In this document: positions 63,538 through 64,000 of the stretch, piece by piece
Position numbering within the stretch: the first letter of the stretch is position 1
Layout of the letters: each line of letters begins with the position of its first letter
Source of the DNA: Stegostoma tigrinum
Lineage: Eukaryota
NCBI RefSeq assembly: GCF_030684315.1
Contig: NC_081358.1
Coordinates: forward strand, 3,038,001 to 3,102,000
Direction: 5' to 3'
DNA length: 64,000 bases
Notes under the pieces: model-generated
The model's database searches: none
What the model was told of the DNA's origin: nothing
The model's input: the letters and a program-made list of their open reading frames with translations, nothing else
Made by a program: the position numbers and the translations under genes

Positions 63538-63576
63538 CACAGTGCAACACATCAATACAAAGTTTGTACAAAAACA
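63538..63576 (+). other. 23-RSS of V at 63.1 kb
   Basis: CACAGTG + 23 nt + ACAAAAACA. Confidence 0.93.
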
Positions 63577-63721
63577 CTGAACGATTTGAAGCGAAACATT
63601 TCGAGGAATTCACAGACTCCTCCCCTATTTGGGTAAAGTAGCGACGACACCACAGCTGGATCTAATCACACGGTACAAGTAGTCCAACAGGTTTATTTGA
63701 AAGCACAAGCTTTCGTACCCT

Positions 63722-64000
63722 GTGATATTGGGAACTGCAGCTGCTGGAGTATCCAAGATAATAAAGTGTGAGGCTGGATGAACACAACAGGTCCAGCAGC
63801 ATCTTAGGAGCACAAAAGCTGATGTTTCGGGCCTAGACCATTCATCAGGGAGGGGGATGGGGGAGACCATTCATCAGGGAGGTTCTGGAATAAATAGGGA
63901 GAGAGGGGGAGGCGGACCGAAGATGGAGAGAAAAGAAGATAGGTGGAGAGGACAGTATAGATGGGGAGGTAGGGAGGGGATAGGTCAGTCCAGGGAAGAT
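63722..64000 (-). mobile_element. PLE family 1 3' end running off the window
   Basis: Same tail, hammerhead region and purine-rich UTR as the 15925 arm. Confidence 0.85.

Noticed and set aside
1930-63576. V segments as IgL, IgH, IgNAR or NAR-TCR
   Set aside because: YYCA(Y/F)W ends, (I/L/V)HWY motif, no promoter octamer and a V-only array without nearby D/J/C fit TRGV; shark Ig genes are in V-(D)-J-C clusters
73-63870. Numerous short ORFs in the six-frame track as host genes
   Set aside because: They map to LINE/PLE/SINE remnants or their antisense strands, or have no recognisable motifs
1-64000. CRISPR arrays, prokaryotic defence systems, tRNA/rRNA genes, TCR constant exons
   Set aside because: No repeat-spacer arrays or operons; the only tRNA-like sequence is SINE heads; no C1-set domain exon seen

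Overview
Vertebrate (cartilaginous fish, most likely a shark) genomic DNA spanning part of the V-segment array of a T-cell receptor gamma (TRG) locus. There are eight germline V segments, all on the + strand. Each has a V exon ending in YYCA(Y/F)W or a degraded version of it and a 3' 23-type RSS; seven also have a leader exon with a short phase-1 intron. They fall into four sequence types ordered A-B-C-A-D-B-C-A, which points to an old ~30-33 kb tandem cassette duplication. Five look functional (11.3, 29.5, 34.6, 59.4 and 63.1 kb). One has lost the first conserved Cys (1.9 kb) and two are clear pseudogenes (40.1 and 44.8 kb). No convincing J or C segment is present. The intergenic DNA is mostly retroelements: CR1, L2/CR1-like and Tx1 LINEs, HE1/Deu/LF-like SINEs, and many Penelope-like elements (PLEs). 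The PLEs carry minimal hammerhead ribozyme motifs and often form fold-back palindromes with 12-15 bp target-site duplications (TSDs). Main points of interest: (i) a ~1.38 kb near-identical tract around the two C-type V genes inside otherwise clearly diverged duplicated flanks, suggesting gene conversion, where the only coding difference is in CDR2; (ii) CDR-focused divergence between A-type paralogues; (iii) a hammerhead-bearing PLE family whose short and palindromic copies repeatedly end or fold at the ribozyme. Repeat boundaries and family names are by eye and approximate.
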